Positions 25,214 through 37,079 of a stretch of 64,000 bases of DNA are shown here, piece after piece. Source of the DNA: Leucoraja erinacea (Eukaryota); the NCBI RefSeq assembly GCF_028641065.1, contig NC_073401.1, forward strand, positions 22,878,001-22,942,000. The letters are read 5' to 3'. A model generated the notes under the pieces. It was not told where the DNA came from and did no database searches. It saw only the letters and a program-made list of their open reading frames with translations. The position numbers were made by a program, and so were the translations under genes. Within the stretch, counting starts at the first letter, position 1, and each line of letters starts with the position of its first letter.

Positions 25214-26357
25214 TAACACGGTTCAAATACAGACTATTAAGAAATAGCATGAGTCTCATCCTGCTTCTATTGCCCACTATCTTGAACCTTGACTCTCTTC
25301 TCGGTTGTTCGTATGTTAAGGCTCGCTGAGAATTATGTGTGTCATCCACGAGTAAATAATAGGGAACGACCATAACTTCATCCTCTAACTTGTTGGATCA
25401 GGTACCCAAAGATACCTGAACAACTTTATGCAGTCCCACTGACATGGCCCTGAGACATCGCTGTAACCGATTGCTTTTTTTTTTACACCACAACAAAAGT
25501 GAAACCTGGGAGGGAAAATAATTCCTAATCTATTCCCATTGAAGGTTGGAAGTTAAAGTCAAAAGCACCCCAATCTTCGACACCCAATACAACAAGCAGA
25601 CACAAGAAGCATTCCGCTCAAGCATTTACTTTCCTCATTATACATTGTATTTTATTGTATTGTATTCAAATTTATTGACATATCTTCACCCGAGAGTAAA
25701 ACTATCAGTTGGCCAGTTCTTGCAGGCTGACATTGCAGGGTTTGATTTGCTGTAAGCAATCCTGACATCGCGATATGCTATTTGAGTTACAGACATCCAA
25801 TGTAGAAAAATTGTACACGATTTTGTTCAAGCAGACATGTTAAAGTAATATTAAATAAAATATTAAATATTTAAATATTAATTAAATATTAATATTAAAT
25901 TAAACACTCTTCAATCTGTGGAAACTACAAATCAACAGATCTGTACATGTTACAACAAACCGATGGCGTTTTTGTATGATTTGGATTTGGATTAAATGTT
26001 ATGGATTTAAAATGATAAATCTATGTCTTTATCGCGTCGGTGCAATTGGCTTATTTGTTGAATACTGTCAACATTATCCGATTGTGTTTCATGTTTCCAC
26101 TTGCACAGGTTTTGTATTATACAAAGGAACAAATAGATACCATAGCAGAATCAAATGTAATATGGAAGGAGGAGTTTCCTGGGAATCATAAATACGGTTC
26201 TTGAACTGATAGGTGGAATGGGCAAAACACGAAGTTCTGGAGTAACTCGGTAACTCAGAGTATTCATCTCTTTTATTATTTTTTATTTTATTTATCATCG
26301 TTGAAAACATTAGCAACACAGTGGGTGCTGGTTTCCGACTGGAACGGTGACGGACGC

Positions 26358-27365
26358 ACCGCACATCTCTGTCCTCCAGCTCCTGCAGACTTCCGCCGCC
26401 GGAAGTAGAGGATTTTGGTGTGTGTGTGCTTTATCATCATTCCTTACACTGCTATGTCCGACAGTGATCGCAACTTCTACTGAAGTGTGGATGGCCGTTG
26501 GCTCACTAGAAACTCATCCCCCCTTTGACCGGTCTTGTTTTTGGTCCAGCTGGGGGTCCACCCCCCCCCCCCCACCCCCCTCCCCTCCCCGCCTCACAAA
26601 CCAGGTGGGGGAGACGATTTAGTCGCCGACTCTCCGACCAAGGAGCAGATAGCACGGGATTACATGGTACCCGTGGCGGGGGAACTCCGCCCGACCTGAC
26701 CTAATCTCTGAAGGACATGAATAGGCAAGGTTTCGGGTCTGGAAGACTGACAATGGCGAGAGGCCTTTGATGTGACAGATGGATGCAGATGGAACAGCTT
26801 TGACTGGTAGATGGCCCGTGATATCACTGGCACTGGACAGTGGTTTAAAAACAGTGACAATGGGTGTAAGGTAAGTGGAGAAGAATAGTGAAATGTGAAG
26901 CCAGAGGTAGAGATGTCGTTGAAAGGAGACGGAGGAAGGGGAGCAGAATGTAGAAAAAATAAAACGTAGAATGGGCTGAAAATGCAATGTAATTGCATGG
27001 AACGTTTATATCTGGTATGATATATACATGCCTAATATGAGAAAGAAAATCTGTAAATAGCCATTTGAATTGAATGTTGTAATATGTCCACTATTTATGA
27101 TCAACCCAAAATATTGGTTTTCTTAATTTCATGAGAAATATCGAATAGTTTGCATTCTGGTAAATACCGCACATCTCTGTCCTCCAGTTCCTGCAGACTT
27201 CCGCCGCCGGAAGTATAGGGTTTTGGTGTGTGTGTGCTTTATCATCATTCCTTACACTGCTATGTCCGACAGTAATCGCAACTTCTACTGAAGTGTGGAT
27301 GGCCGTTGGCTCACTAGAATCTCATCCCCCCTTTGACCGGTCTTGTTTTTGGTCCAGCTGGGTCC

Positions 27366-27396
<31 letters not shown>

Positions 27397-28033
27397 ACCT
27401 CACAAACCAGGTGGGGGAGACGATTTAGTCGCCGACTCTCCGACCAAGGAGTAGATAGCACAGGATTACATGGTACCCGTGGCGGGGGAACTCCGCCCGA
27501 CCTAACCTAATCTCTGAAGGACATGAATAGGCAAGGTTTCGGGTCTGGACCTTTCTTCAGACTGACTGGTGGGGGGCGGAGATAATGGAAAATGTGGTGT
27601 GTGGGGGTGGGGGTGGGCCGGCGAGCGGCCTTTGATGTGACAGATGGATGCAGATGGAACAGCTTTGACTGGTAGATGGCCCGTGATATCACTGGCACTG
27701 GACAGTGGTTTAAAAAAAGTGACAATGGGTGTAAGGTAAGTGGAGAAGAATAGTGAAATGGGAAGCCAGAGGTAGAGATGTAGTTGAAAGGAGACGGAGG
27801 AAGGGGAGCAGAATGTAGAGAAAATAAAACGTAGAATGGGCTGAAAATGCCATGTAATTGCATGGAACGTTTATATCTGGTATGATATATACATGCCTAA
27901 TATGAGAAAGAAAGTCTGTAAATAGCCATTTGAATTGAATTTTGTAATATGTCCACTATTTATGATCAACCCAAAATATTGGTTTTCTTCATTTCATGAG
28001 AAATATCGAATAGTTTACATTCTGGTAAATACC
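26358..28033 (+). repeat. Tandem duplication of about 0.8 kb (26358-27168 and 27166-28033)
   Basis: Near-identical copies, ACC microhomology at the junction, one indel of roughly 55-60 bp. Confidence 0.9.
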
Positions 28034-29101
28034 TAAGGATCGCGTAATGTCGAAGGTAACAACAGCTGAATAAAAATCCACAATCTGAATATCTACACAT
28101 TCCTGTTCAGATGACGCCAATTTTGTCAAAGGACACAATGTGCTGGAGTAACTCACCGGGTCAGGCAACATCTCTAGAGAACATGAATAGGTGACGTAGT
28201 GGGGATGGGGGAGCGGGGTGGGGGGGTTGTAGAGAAAGCTGGGAGACAGGAGAGGCAGGACAACGCGTGGCAAGTGACTGGTGGACACACGAGGGAGTCT
28301 TTGGTCGGCAGATGTTTGGAATAAAGGTCAGAGATTATTGTGAAGCCAGAGGAAGGAATGTAGAGGAGGAGGGGAGAAAGATGTGGAGGAAGAGGAGAGA
28401 AATGGGCGTTCGTCCAGCTGAGGCACAGGGATAGCGCGGTGTGGGGGAGTGGGAGTGTTAATTAATTCTCCAATTTTAGATAACCTCTAACACCCCTCCC
28501 CTCATACGTTCTGCCCCTCCCCCGTTTCGCCCTCTCCCCTCCCCTGTACGTCACCTGGACTCGCGCCTATTAACCTCCATCATCTGCCTGTCAAAATCCA
28601 CCCTAGTTTGTGTGCATCCGGCACATCCCACGCTCTGTCTATCTCCCCTCTCTCCCAGCCCCCGCACCCCAACTACAAGAAGTCTGAAGAAGGCTCCCGA
28701 CCCGAAGCGTCGCCTATCTATGTTCTCCAGAAATGCTGTCTGACCTACTGATTTACTCCAGTACTGTGTGTACTTTTGTGTAAACCGGCATCTGTAGTTT
28801 CTTCATTTATTGATTAATTGGGGTTAAAAGGATTAATGAGATGTCCGAATGCAAAAGTGTTCTGGGCTCATGAGAGAAAAAATACATAGTTCAGGATGAG
28901 GATTCCTTGTCCAATAAATATGCACAGAAGCTGAAACGTAGGGCGAGGAGCTTGACAAACTGGAGGGACCGAGGTGCAGGCGCAGCGGTAGAAAGTGATG
29001 TTTCGCTGAATACAGACCACGCAGTGTCAACGAGGAGGATATCGGGGAAAGGAAGAGTGAGGTTGGAGCTGGTGTGAGGTGCTGGATCACAATGCGCTAA
29101 T

Positions 29102-29169
<68 letters not shown>

Positions 29170-29563
29170 CAGTATGGTCCTGAAAAAAAACTTTTCCACC
29201 CAGAGAGTTGTGAATTGATGGAATTCCCTGCCACAGAGGGAAGTGGAGGCCAAGTCACTGGATGGATTTAAGAGAGAGTTAGATAGAGCTCTAGGGGCTA
29301 GTGGAGTCAAGGGATCTGGGGAGAAGGCAGGCACGGCTTATTGATTGGGGACGATCAGCCATGATCACAATGAATGGCGGTACTGGCTCGAAGGGCCGAA
29401 TGGCCTCATCCTGCACTTATTTTCTGTTTCTATGGAGTTGGGAGTGCAGACGTCAGATGATAGCGGACAGAGGGAGAGAGAGACGGGCATGTGTTGGGCC
29501 TGGGAATTGGTTATAGGTTCACAGGAGGATGGCAATCAGCAGGGGTAGGAGACCTGAGCGTGT

Positions 29564-29599
<36 letters not shown>

Positions 29600-30365
29600 G
29601 GCGGTGGCGGTGGGTGGGACGTCCAATGTCAGGAGCCTGTAGTCACCTTTAGTGGAAGCCAGGAAAATGAAGAGTCATTAGTGAATAAGGCAGAAAACGA
29701 AATCTGTGTATGGAAGGGGAAATTAACGCAAGCCAACAAACAGCATTACGCAGATAATAACACTGTGAATACGCAGGGAACCTCCGTAAGGAAAGGCGCT
29801 TCATGGACTGTACGTGTCTGATTTCTTCCTAGGAGCCTCGAAACTCGCTCCCCCCCCCCCCCCCCCCCCCCCCCCCCCACCCCCGGCTCCTGATACATGC
29901 TCACAGAGCCTCCTCTCCCCCCCCCCCCCCCCCCGGTTCAATCTGCCCATCTTCCCTCCATTATCTGGCTACATCTTAATTTGCCTTTATTCTCTGCATG
30001 AATTTCTCAGCCACGTGTCCTGGTTCTAGTGACAATTATCATATTTCCACGATATGAAATGAACCGGGCTCAATTTTAAACACACTTTGCCCGACTTATC
30101 ACTCACCAGCATCGTAAACATTTATATGAATTCAATTTTGTCAGAGATATTAAAAAATACAGGAGAAATATGGACCCGGTGATAATAGAAGTTTTATTAC
30201 GTTGCGACAAAGATACATTGATGGTTTTAACTTCTGAATGAATCCACTGTGAGAATCGTACAACTGTTTTAATTGAAACTGTATTAGACAAAACTTTGTG
30301 TAATTGTCTAAGTACGATGATACACATTTCTAAGGAAGCAAAACAGAATACACAAACTGCTTGGA

Positions 30366-30688
30366 TTACATGCAGCTGGATCGCGCGATGTTTGTCTGCA
30401 GCGGGCCTGTCCGAGCCTCGTGTTTAACCACACAGGAGTAAAGCTCGTGTGATTTCCAGACTGTGACTGGCAGAGTCAGGTAACTGCTCGCACTGAACGT
30501 GTTGTCCTTCTCCTGCTGGATCCGGCTGGTCTCAACGCCGTCACTTCTCGCCCTGCCGTCCACCTTCCACTCAATGTCCACAACGCCCGGATTAAACCCG
30601 CTCACCAAACACACCAGGGTGGCGCTGCTCCTTCCCAAGATTTCGGCCTCCGAAGGTGGGAGGACGGACACCGCTGGGGATCGCGGAG
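30366..30688 (-). CDS. IgL cluster 1 constant exon (C1-set)
   Basis: 323-nt exon, acceptor ttttcag, penultimate interchain Cys (SSCM); AATAAA on the - strand at 30193-30198. Confidence 0.96.
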
Positions 30689-33600
30689 CTGAAAATAGAA
30701 ACAAGTGCAGGAAAGTGAATTGGGGAATAACATCAACGTCTGAATCAAATTGCCCCTTTCTTCTGTTATTCTACAAATGGGAACATGTGCAAAGAGTTGT
30801 CAATGTTCGACCAACAGAATGGGTGACATTTCGGGTCGGGATCCTTCTTTAAAACCGGCCCCGACCCGAAACGCCACCCATCCTTTTTCTCGAGAGATGC
30901 GGCCTGACCCGCTGAGTTACTCCAGCACTCCGCGCCCATCTTTGGCGGGATAAAAACCGGCATCTGCAGTTCCTTTCTACACCGAATTTCATCAATGCAT
31001 TTTGCACTTTTACAGCCTGCAACCCTGGAAATAATACTGGACCACAATTTGGGAAATAGCCTCTTCGTAATATGTATGAATTATAGATGTTTTACATAAG
31101 AAAACAATTCAAACTAATCAAATTTTTATATTTGGAACTATCGACTCCCTTCAAAGACACGTTTATGTCTGTTTCGAATGCAATTGGGAACATTTCGGTG
31201 TTTGGGCCAGAAAAGGCGGCTCTGAATAGGTGTCAAGTCAAGTCAAGTCAAGTCTATTCGTCACATACACATACGAGATGTGCAGTGAAATGAAAAGTGG
31301 CAATGCTCGCGGACTTTGTGCAAAAAGACAAACAAACAAACAACCAAACAAACTACAAACAGAATCACATATTCTTTTACATATTAAATATTGTGGGCGG
31401 AAGGAAAAAGGTTCAGTAAAGTCAAGTAAAGATGGAAACAGTAAAAGAAAGAATCAAAATGGAAACTGCCACGGTGTCATGTATTGGATGGTTTTAAGAC
31501 TGACATTCAATCTGACGTCCGGCGATATGTGCACTTACATGGAACAGATCCAAAATTGAAATATATTTTCAACTGTTCTGCCTGCAACTGAGCTGCAATA
31601 TTTAGTATCCATTTCACCAAGTTTGCTTCTTTCTGTCTGGATTTCTACACTAATATTGATGGAAGTGGCAAAATAGAGTTTGATTCTCGAGGTTTCTGGA
31701 CAAATCACAGCCACAGTTTCTCAACCTCGCTGATCATTACAGCCAAGCTCTGGTAGAGCTCTAATATACAGAGTACATATTTCACCACGAAGATACAGAT
31801 ACGTTTATGCACCATTTTATTTTTCAGGCCCTCATTCTGTCTTTCCGAAACCGTTCCCGGGTCAGAGAGTCACGAAATCAAATATATGCATTTTCTAACG
31901 AAACAATAATCGCCCATTTTCTAACGATACGATGAACAATGTATTTGTGCTCTGAATCAACTCTAAATTCACTGCAATTCTTAACATGAAACCAAAAATG
32001 GCCAAGCTGATATTTATTTATTATCCAAAAATAAAGTTTCCGGCATAATTGAGTGACTGAACTTCACAACTACTAATTTAGCTGCAAAGCGCATTATCGT
32101 GCAATTGAATCATCCTACCACAACCAGAGAGCAGTGCAGAACTACTATCTACCTCATTGGTGACCCTCGGACTATCCTTGATCGGACTTTGCTGGCTTTA
32201 CCTTGCACTAAACGTTATTCCCTTACCATGTCCGCTGTAAATGGCTCGATTGAAAGCATGCAGTCTTTCCGCTGACTGGATAGCACGCAACAAAAAGCTT
32301 TTCATTGTACACCGGGACACGTGACAATAAACTAAACTGAACGGTTTGTACCAAAAATAGACACAAAATGCTGAAGTAACTTAGCGGGTCAACCATCATC
32401 TCTGGAAAAAAAGGGATGGGTGGCGGTGACGACCCGAAACGTCACCCAACCTTTTTTTTCTCCGAAGATGCAGCCCGACCCGCAGCATTTTGTGTTTATG
32501 AAGGAACTGCAGATGCTGGAAAATCTAAGGTACACAAAAATGCTGGAGAAACTCAACGGGTGCAACCGCAGCATTTTGTGTCTATCTGTGAAAAGATGAA
32601 ATCGGGCAATGGTACATAGGGGAAAATAGACATTTATTATTCCCAGTTTCATGACATAGAAACATAGAAAATAGGTGCAGGAGTAGGCCATTCGGCCCTT
32701 CGAGCCTGAACCGCCATTTAATATGATCATGGCTGATCACCCAACTCAGTATTCTGTACCTGCCATCTCACCATACCCCCTGATCCCTTTATCCACAAGG
32801 GCCACATCTAACTCCCTCTTAAATATAGCCAATGAACTGGCCTCAACTACCTTCTGTGGCAGAGAATTCCAGAGATTCGCCACTCACTGTGTGAAAAATG
32901 ACGTCCTTACTCTACTCCTGTCTCAACTTGTCTGCTGCCGAATCTCCCACCAGGCCTTTGCCAGCCGTAGCCTTGGATTCCTCTGTCTGCCTTGAAAGAT
33001 TCCTCTGTCTGCCTGGAACTCCTTCCAAACTTCACCAACTTTTATTATCTTGTGCACTATGAGTGTAGAGATTTTAAAATGGCGCTGCACGAACCACTAG
33101 TTTAGTTTAGTTTAATTTACAGCTGCAGCGTGGAATCTGGCCCTTCAGCCCACCGATTGCATGGCGGTTATCGATCACCAGTTCTATGTTCTCCCATTTT
33201 CTCATGCATTCTCTACACACTGGGGACAAATGAGATAAAACCCGTTAACTTGCAAACCTGCACGTCTTTGGAACGTGGGGGGGAAACCGGCGCACCCGGG
33301 GAAATCCTACGAGGTCGCAGGGAGAGCTTACAAACTCTGTAGAGGCAGCGCCCGTAGATAAGATCGGGTCTCTGGCTGTGTAAAGCAGCAACTCTAACAC
33401 TGCGACTCAACTCAGCCCCCTGTTCTGTCTGAATATAGTTTATTCTTTTGTTTTTTTCACTTGAACTAAATATTTTACCAAGTTGGGTGATATTTGCCTT
33501 TCCTCCCTGAAAAGTGAAAAGATTCAGCGACAAATTGATCAGCGCTTTGTACACCGGATGAATCAAAAGATGGGCGTGGATGCAAAGGAGATGGAAAGAT

Positions 33601-34146
33601 TAAAAAAACAAGAAATAAAAGCTGGTGATTGACATAGGACGGGTTGCATTCTGTTAATACTTACTGCCCAGATTCAGTTTGGTTCCCGTCCCGAAGATAT
33701 ATCGACTACCGGTCCACATAAAGCAGTGATAATCAGCGGCGTCCGTTGATTGAAGGTTGGTGATGGTTAAATGCATTTGGTTACTCGACGAGTCACTGGT
33801 ACCGGTAAATCGATCAGGTATTCCGGAAGCTCTGGTGCTGCCATACCACACCAAGACTGGAGTGTTGTCGTGTTTCTGCCAGTACCAGCTCGGATAGGAT
33901 AAAGTGCCTTCTGACAGGGTGCAGATGATTCTGACGGTGTGCCCCGGGGATGCTGAGATAGACGGGAACTGGGTAACTATCACCTCCGCGCTTGTGGCTG
34001 TCGGAAATACCAAATGAATTAAATGCTCAGAGCTCTTCGAAACATTTATGCAATGTAAGAATATACAACAAAATTAAGAATTGCGTGTTTTACTCACTGC
34101 GAAGAAATAACACCAGTACGGTCAGTCCCCGAATCCATTCAGCCAT
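30366..34146 (-). CDS. Ig light chain cluster 1 (type II/lambda-like), complete: leader 34146-34098, germline-joined VJ 33997-33665, C 30688-30366
   Basis: Phase-1 GT-AG introns give one open frame: MAEWIRGLTVLVLFLRTTSA-EVIVTQ..C..SWYWQK..GIPDRF..DYHC-FMWTGSRYI-FGTGTKLNLG-TPRSPAVSVLPPS..ATLVCLV..SSYLTL..YSCVVKHE..RSSCM*. Confidence 0.93.
33098..33405 (-). mobile_element. HE1-like SINE in the J-C intron of cluster 1
   Basis: Similarity to the other copies. Confidence 0.7.
33665..33997 (-). CDS. IgL cluster 1 germline-joined V-J exon
   Basis: V-set Cys/Trp/Cys continuous with the J motif FGTGTKL; no RSS between V and J; donor gtaag. Confidence 0.95.
34098..34146 (-). CDS. IgL cluster 1 leader exon (MAEWIRGLTVLVLFLR)
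   Basis: 49-nt exon with Kozak-like gccATGG and donor gtgag; homologous to the cluster 2 leader. Confidence 0.88.
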
Positions 34147-34230
34147 GGCGAGTGACAGTGCGGGATCCCAAGCGAACGGTGCAACTGGTGATCGACAGAA
34201 ATCTGATTCTTGGCTCTTGGGAGTCCGCAC

Positions 34231-34301
34231 CTTATGAACTCAGAAACATCGCAACGTCACTGAGTTTTAATTATTTATGCAAATTGCTGAACACGTGACG
34301 T
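34231..34301 (-). promoter_or_regulatory. IgL cluster 1 V promoter: E-box CACGTG (34292-34297), octamer ATTTGCAT (34277-34284), TGACGT (34254-34259), TATA-like TTCATAAG (34231-34238)
   Basis: Octamer in light-chain orientation about 130 bp upstream of the ATG; the module is conserved in cluster 2. Confidence 0.85.
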
Positions 34302-34789
34302 AGCATTACGGAATTAGAGGTTCATTCTAGACTGATATTTGCAGAGCTCGCTCACTGCAAAGGGCTGAGAGAAACAAACGTATAGGGGAAGGTAGACACA
34401 AAATGCCGGAGTAACTGAGCGGAACAGGCAGCATCCCTGGATGGAAGGAATGGGTGACGTTTCCGGTCGAAACCCTTCTTCAGAGGAAGGCAGAGGAATA
34501 GAAGATACAGCAGAGATTTGAGATGTACAAGGCCGGGGTTGGCGTAGACTGCAACAGTTGAGGAATAGAAGGGCTTCAGTAGCCCAAAATAGACAGTAGA
34601 CAGACAGATACATATATCGCACAGTGCGTAAGGAAAATACTGCCCAGTGTTCAACATAAGAATTTAAACAAGTCAATGAAAACCAATGGCACACTATACT
34701 TTACAGAACAGTCGCTCAAGGGAGATCTCCGAAGACCTTATCGGTAATTTCTCAATTTTCAAACATAGTGTTTCCATGCACAACAAGGG

Positions 34790-35442
34790 AGCAATGCAGA
34801 ATAGGTGGAACTATAGGCCGGTTAAACTGGCTTTGGTTGGTAAGGGTTTAGAGTCCATTATGAAGGATGAGGTTACAGAGTATTTAGAAGTTCACGATAA
34901 AATAGGCTAAAGTCAGCATGGCTTTGTGAAGAGGAGATCTTGCTTGACAAATTTGCTGGAATTATTTGAAGAAGTAAATAACAGGACAGACAAAGGAGAG
35001 CCAGTAGATGTTACTTATATAGATTTTCAGAAAGCCTTTGATAAGGTGCCACATGTTAGGCTGCTTAGGAAGATGAGAGCCCAGGGTATCAATAGGCAGA
35101 TACTAGCACGGATAGCAGGTTGCCTGGATGGCTGAAGACGAAGAGTGGGATTAAATGCAGCTTTTTCTCGTTGGCTGCCAGTGACTCATGGAGTTCCGCA
35201 AGGGTTGGTGTTGGAGCCGCTACTCTTCACATTGTATATTAATGATTTGGACATGGGGATGGAAGGCTTTGTGGGAAAGTGTGCAGATGATAGATAATAG
35301 GTGGAGGGGTAGATGGTGTATAGAAAGCAACCCTCGGTACCCATTGGAAAATATCCTGTGATAGGTAAATCGATCGTTGGTGTGGACTCGATGGGGTTAA
35401 GGGCCTGTTTCCACGCTGTATCTCTACACTAAACTAAACTAA
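34790..35442 (+). mobile_element. CR1 LINE RT fragment
   Basis: NYRPV, SCLTNLLE, IDFQKAFDKVPH. Confidence 0.85.
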
Positions 35443-37043
35443 TCTCCGACACAGCATTGATCCCATGTCTTCTCTGGCTTTAAGTTAAAGGACTTTTTGA
35501 AGAACTTTCGTGAAAATCCAACCATAAAAAATGTTTGATACCTCCATCAGCCATTTTGTCCGGGGCCTCGACCACTATTGATCTCGAGATTCCACAGCAT
35601 TTACACACACACACACGCTGAAATCTTGTCGGCGATCAGGCGGTATAGGATTAGCCAACTCATTCTCTGGCGTATAAAGCGAGCGGAAGTTAGGTTAAAA
35701 TATGGTAGTTTGTTTTATTTGATGCTGCCAAACCTTCTGAGATCCTCCAGCAATTTGTTTTTTTGTCCCGGTTTGCAACATCTGAAATTGCTTTTATTAT
35801 TTTTTTTAATGTTTTAAATTATTACCATTGTTTTACGTCGGTAATAATAATTTATTGCCTTTCACTTTTTTTCCTTATTTAATTGAATGGCCCTGATTTA
35901 CCAGTTGATAAATATTTCTGATAGTCAAAGGCCTTCGGAAATATAGACAATCTCTCGTGAGTTCGGACAGAGGGCGAAGATTTTAACGTGATGCTCTCTT
36001 TGACTCATGCACAACCCGTGTTGTTGGCGCTCCTGCTGCTGTTGTTCCAATCTGAGCCAGTCGGATCTGGGAACTTTAGTCGACTGGCAAACACCCGCGC
36101 CGAGTACAAAGGGGTAGAAACATTTTGAAAAATCGAAGCGCATGAATTCGACAAAGCCTATAGAAGATTGCAGTGCGCAGACTATTCGACCTTGTGTATT
36201 CAGGGAAGATAGACATAAAAAGCTGGAGTACCTCAGCGGGGTTGGCAGCATCTCTGGAGAAAGGGAATAGGTGATGTTTTGAGTCCAGATCTTTCCTCGG
36301 ACTTATTACGGGCGCGGCTTCCGAAGACATTTATCAATTTCAATTTTAATTTCAATTAAAAAACTTTATTGGCATGATAAAAAAATACATTGTTATATTG
36401 CCAAAGTATAAAACATGACATGCATATTTAAGATGCATAAGTATAAATACAAGTATACAGTGCATGGATAGATATGTCCCTGTACATAAACTCGCAATCG
36501 GCCTATAGCCCTTTATTGATTGCTACACGTTCTTGCGGCTGTAAGCAGTACAACACAATAGCAAGTTTAGCAATTCAATATTAATTTCTTGGTTATCTTT
36601 CTATCGATAATCTTCTAGACGGAGGTTTAAGGTCTACAACATCACCACCTACCGGTGTAAGCACATCTGGCACACGCGAAGTAATAGCATAAGAAAATGT
36701 GTGTTACTTCAGACATTATGTTCCACTGTTTGCGGGTTTGAATTGGTAATGACTTGCAAGAAATCTGGAATTAAAAGCTAATTGGGAAAAAGATCATCTT
36801 TGCTTGGGGCGACGGTAACCATGAGCTATCAGATGATCACAAACCCCTCGAATCGCTGATATGCTTCAGAAAATACAATTTGTAACTAATTTGGGATGCT
36901 TAGCACCTGAAAATTCTCCGTCATTCAAAAGCACCGGCTGATTCAATAGCATCCTCTACTAGGAGTTCGAGTTTAGTATATTGTCACGTGTACCGAGGTA
37001 CAGTGAAAAAAGCTTTTGTTGCGTTCTAACTAGTCAGCGGGAT

Positions 37044-37075
<32 letters not shown>

Positions 37076-37079
37076 GGGA

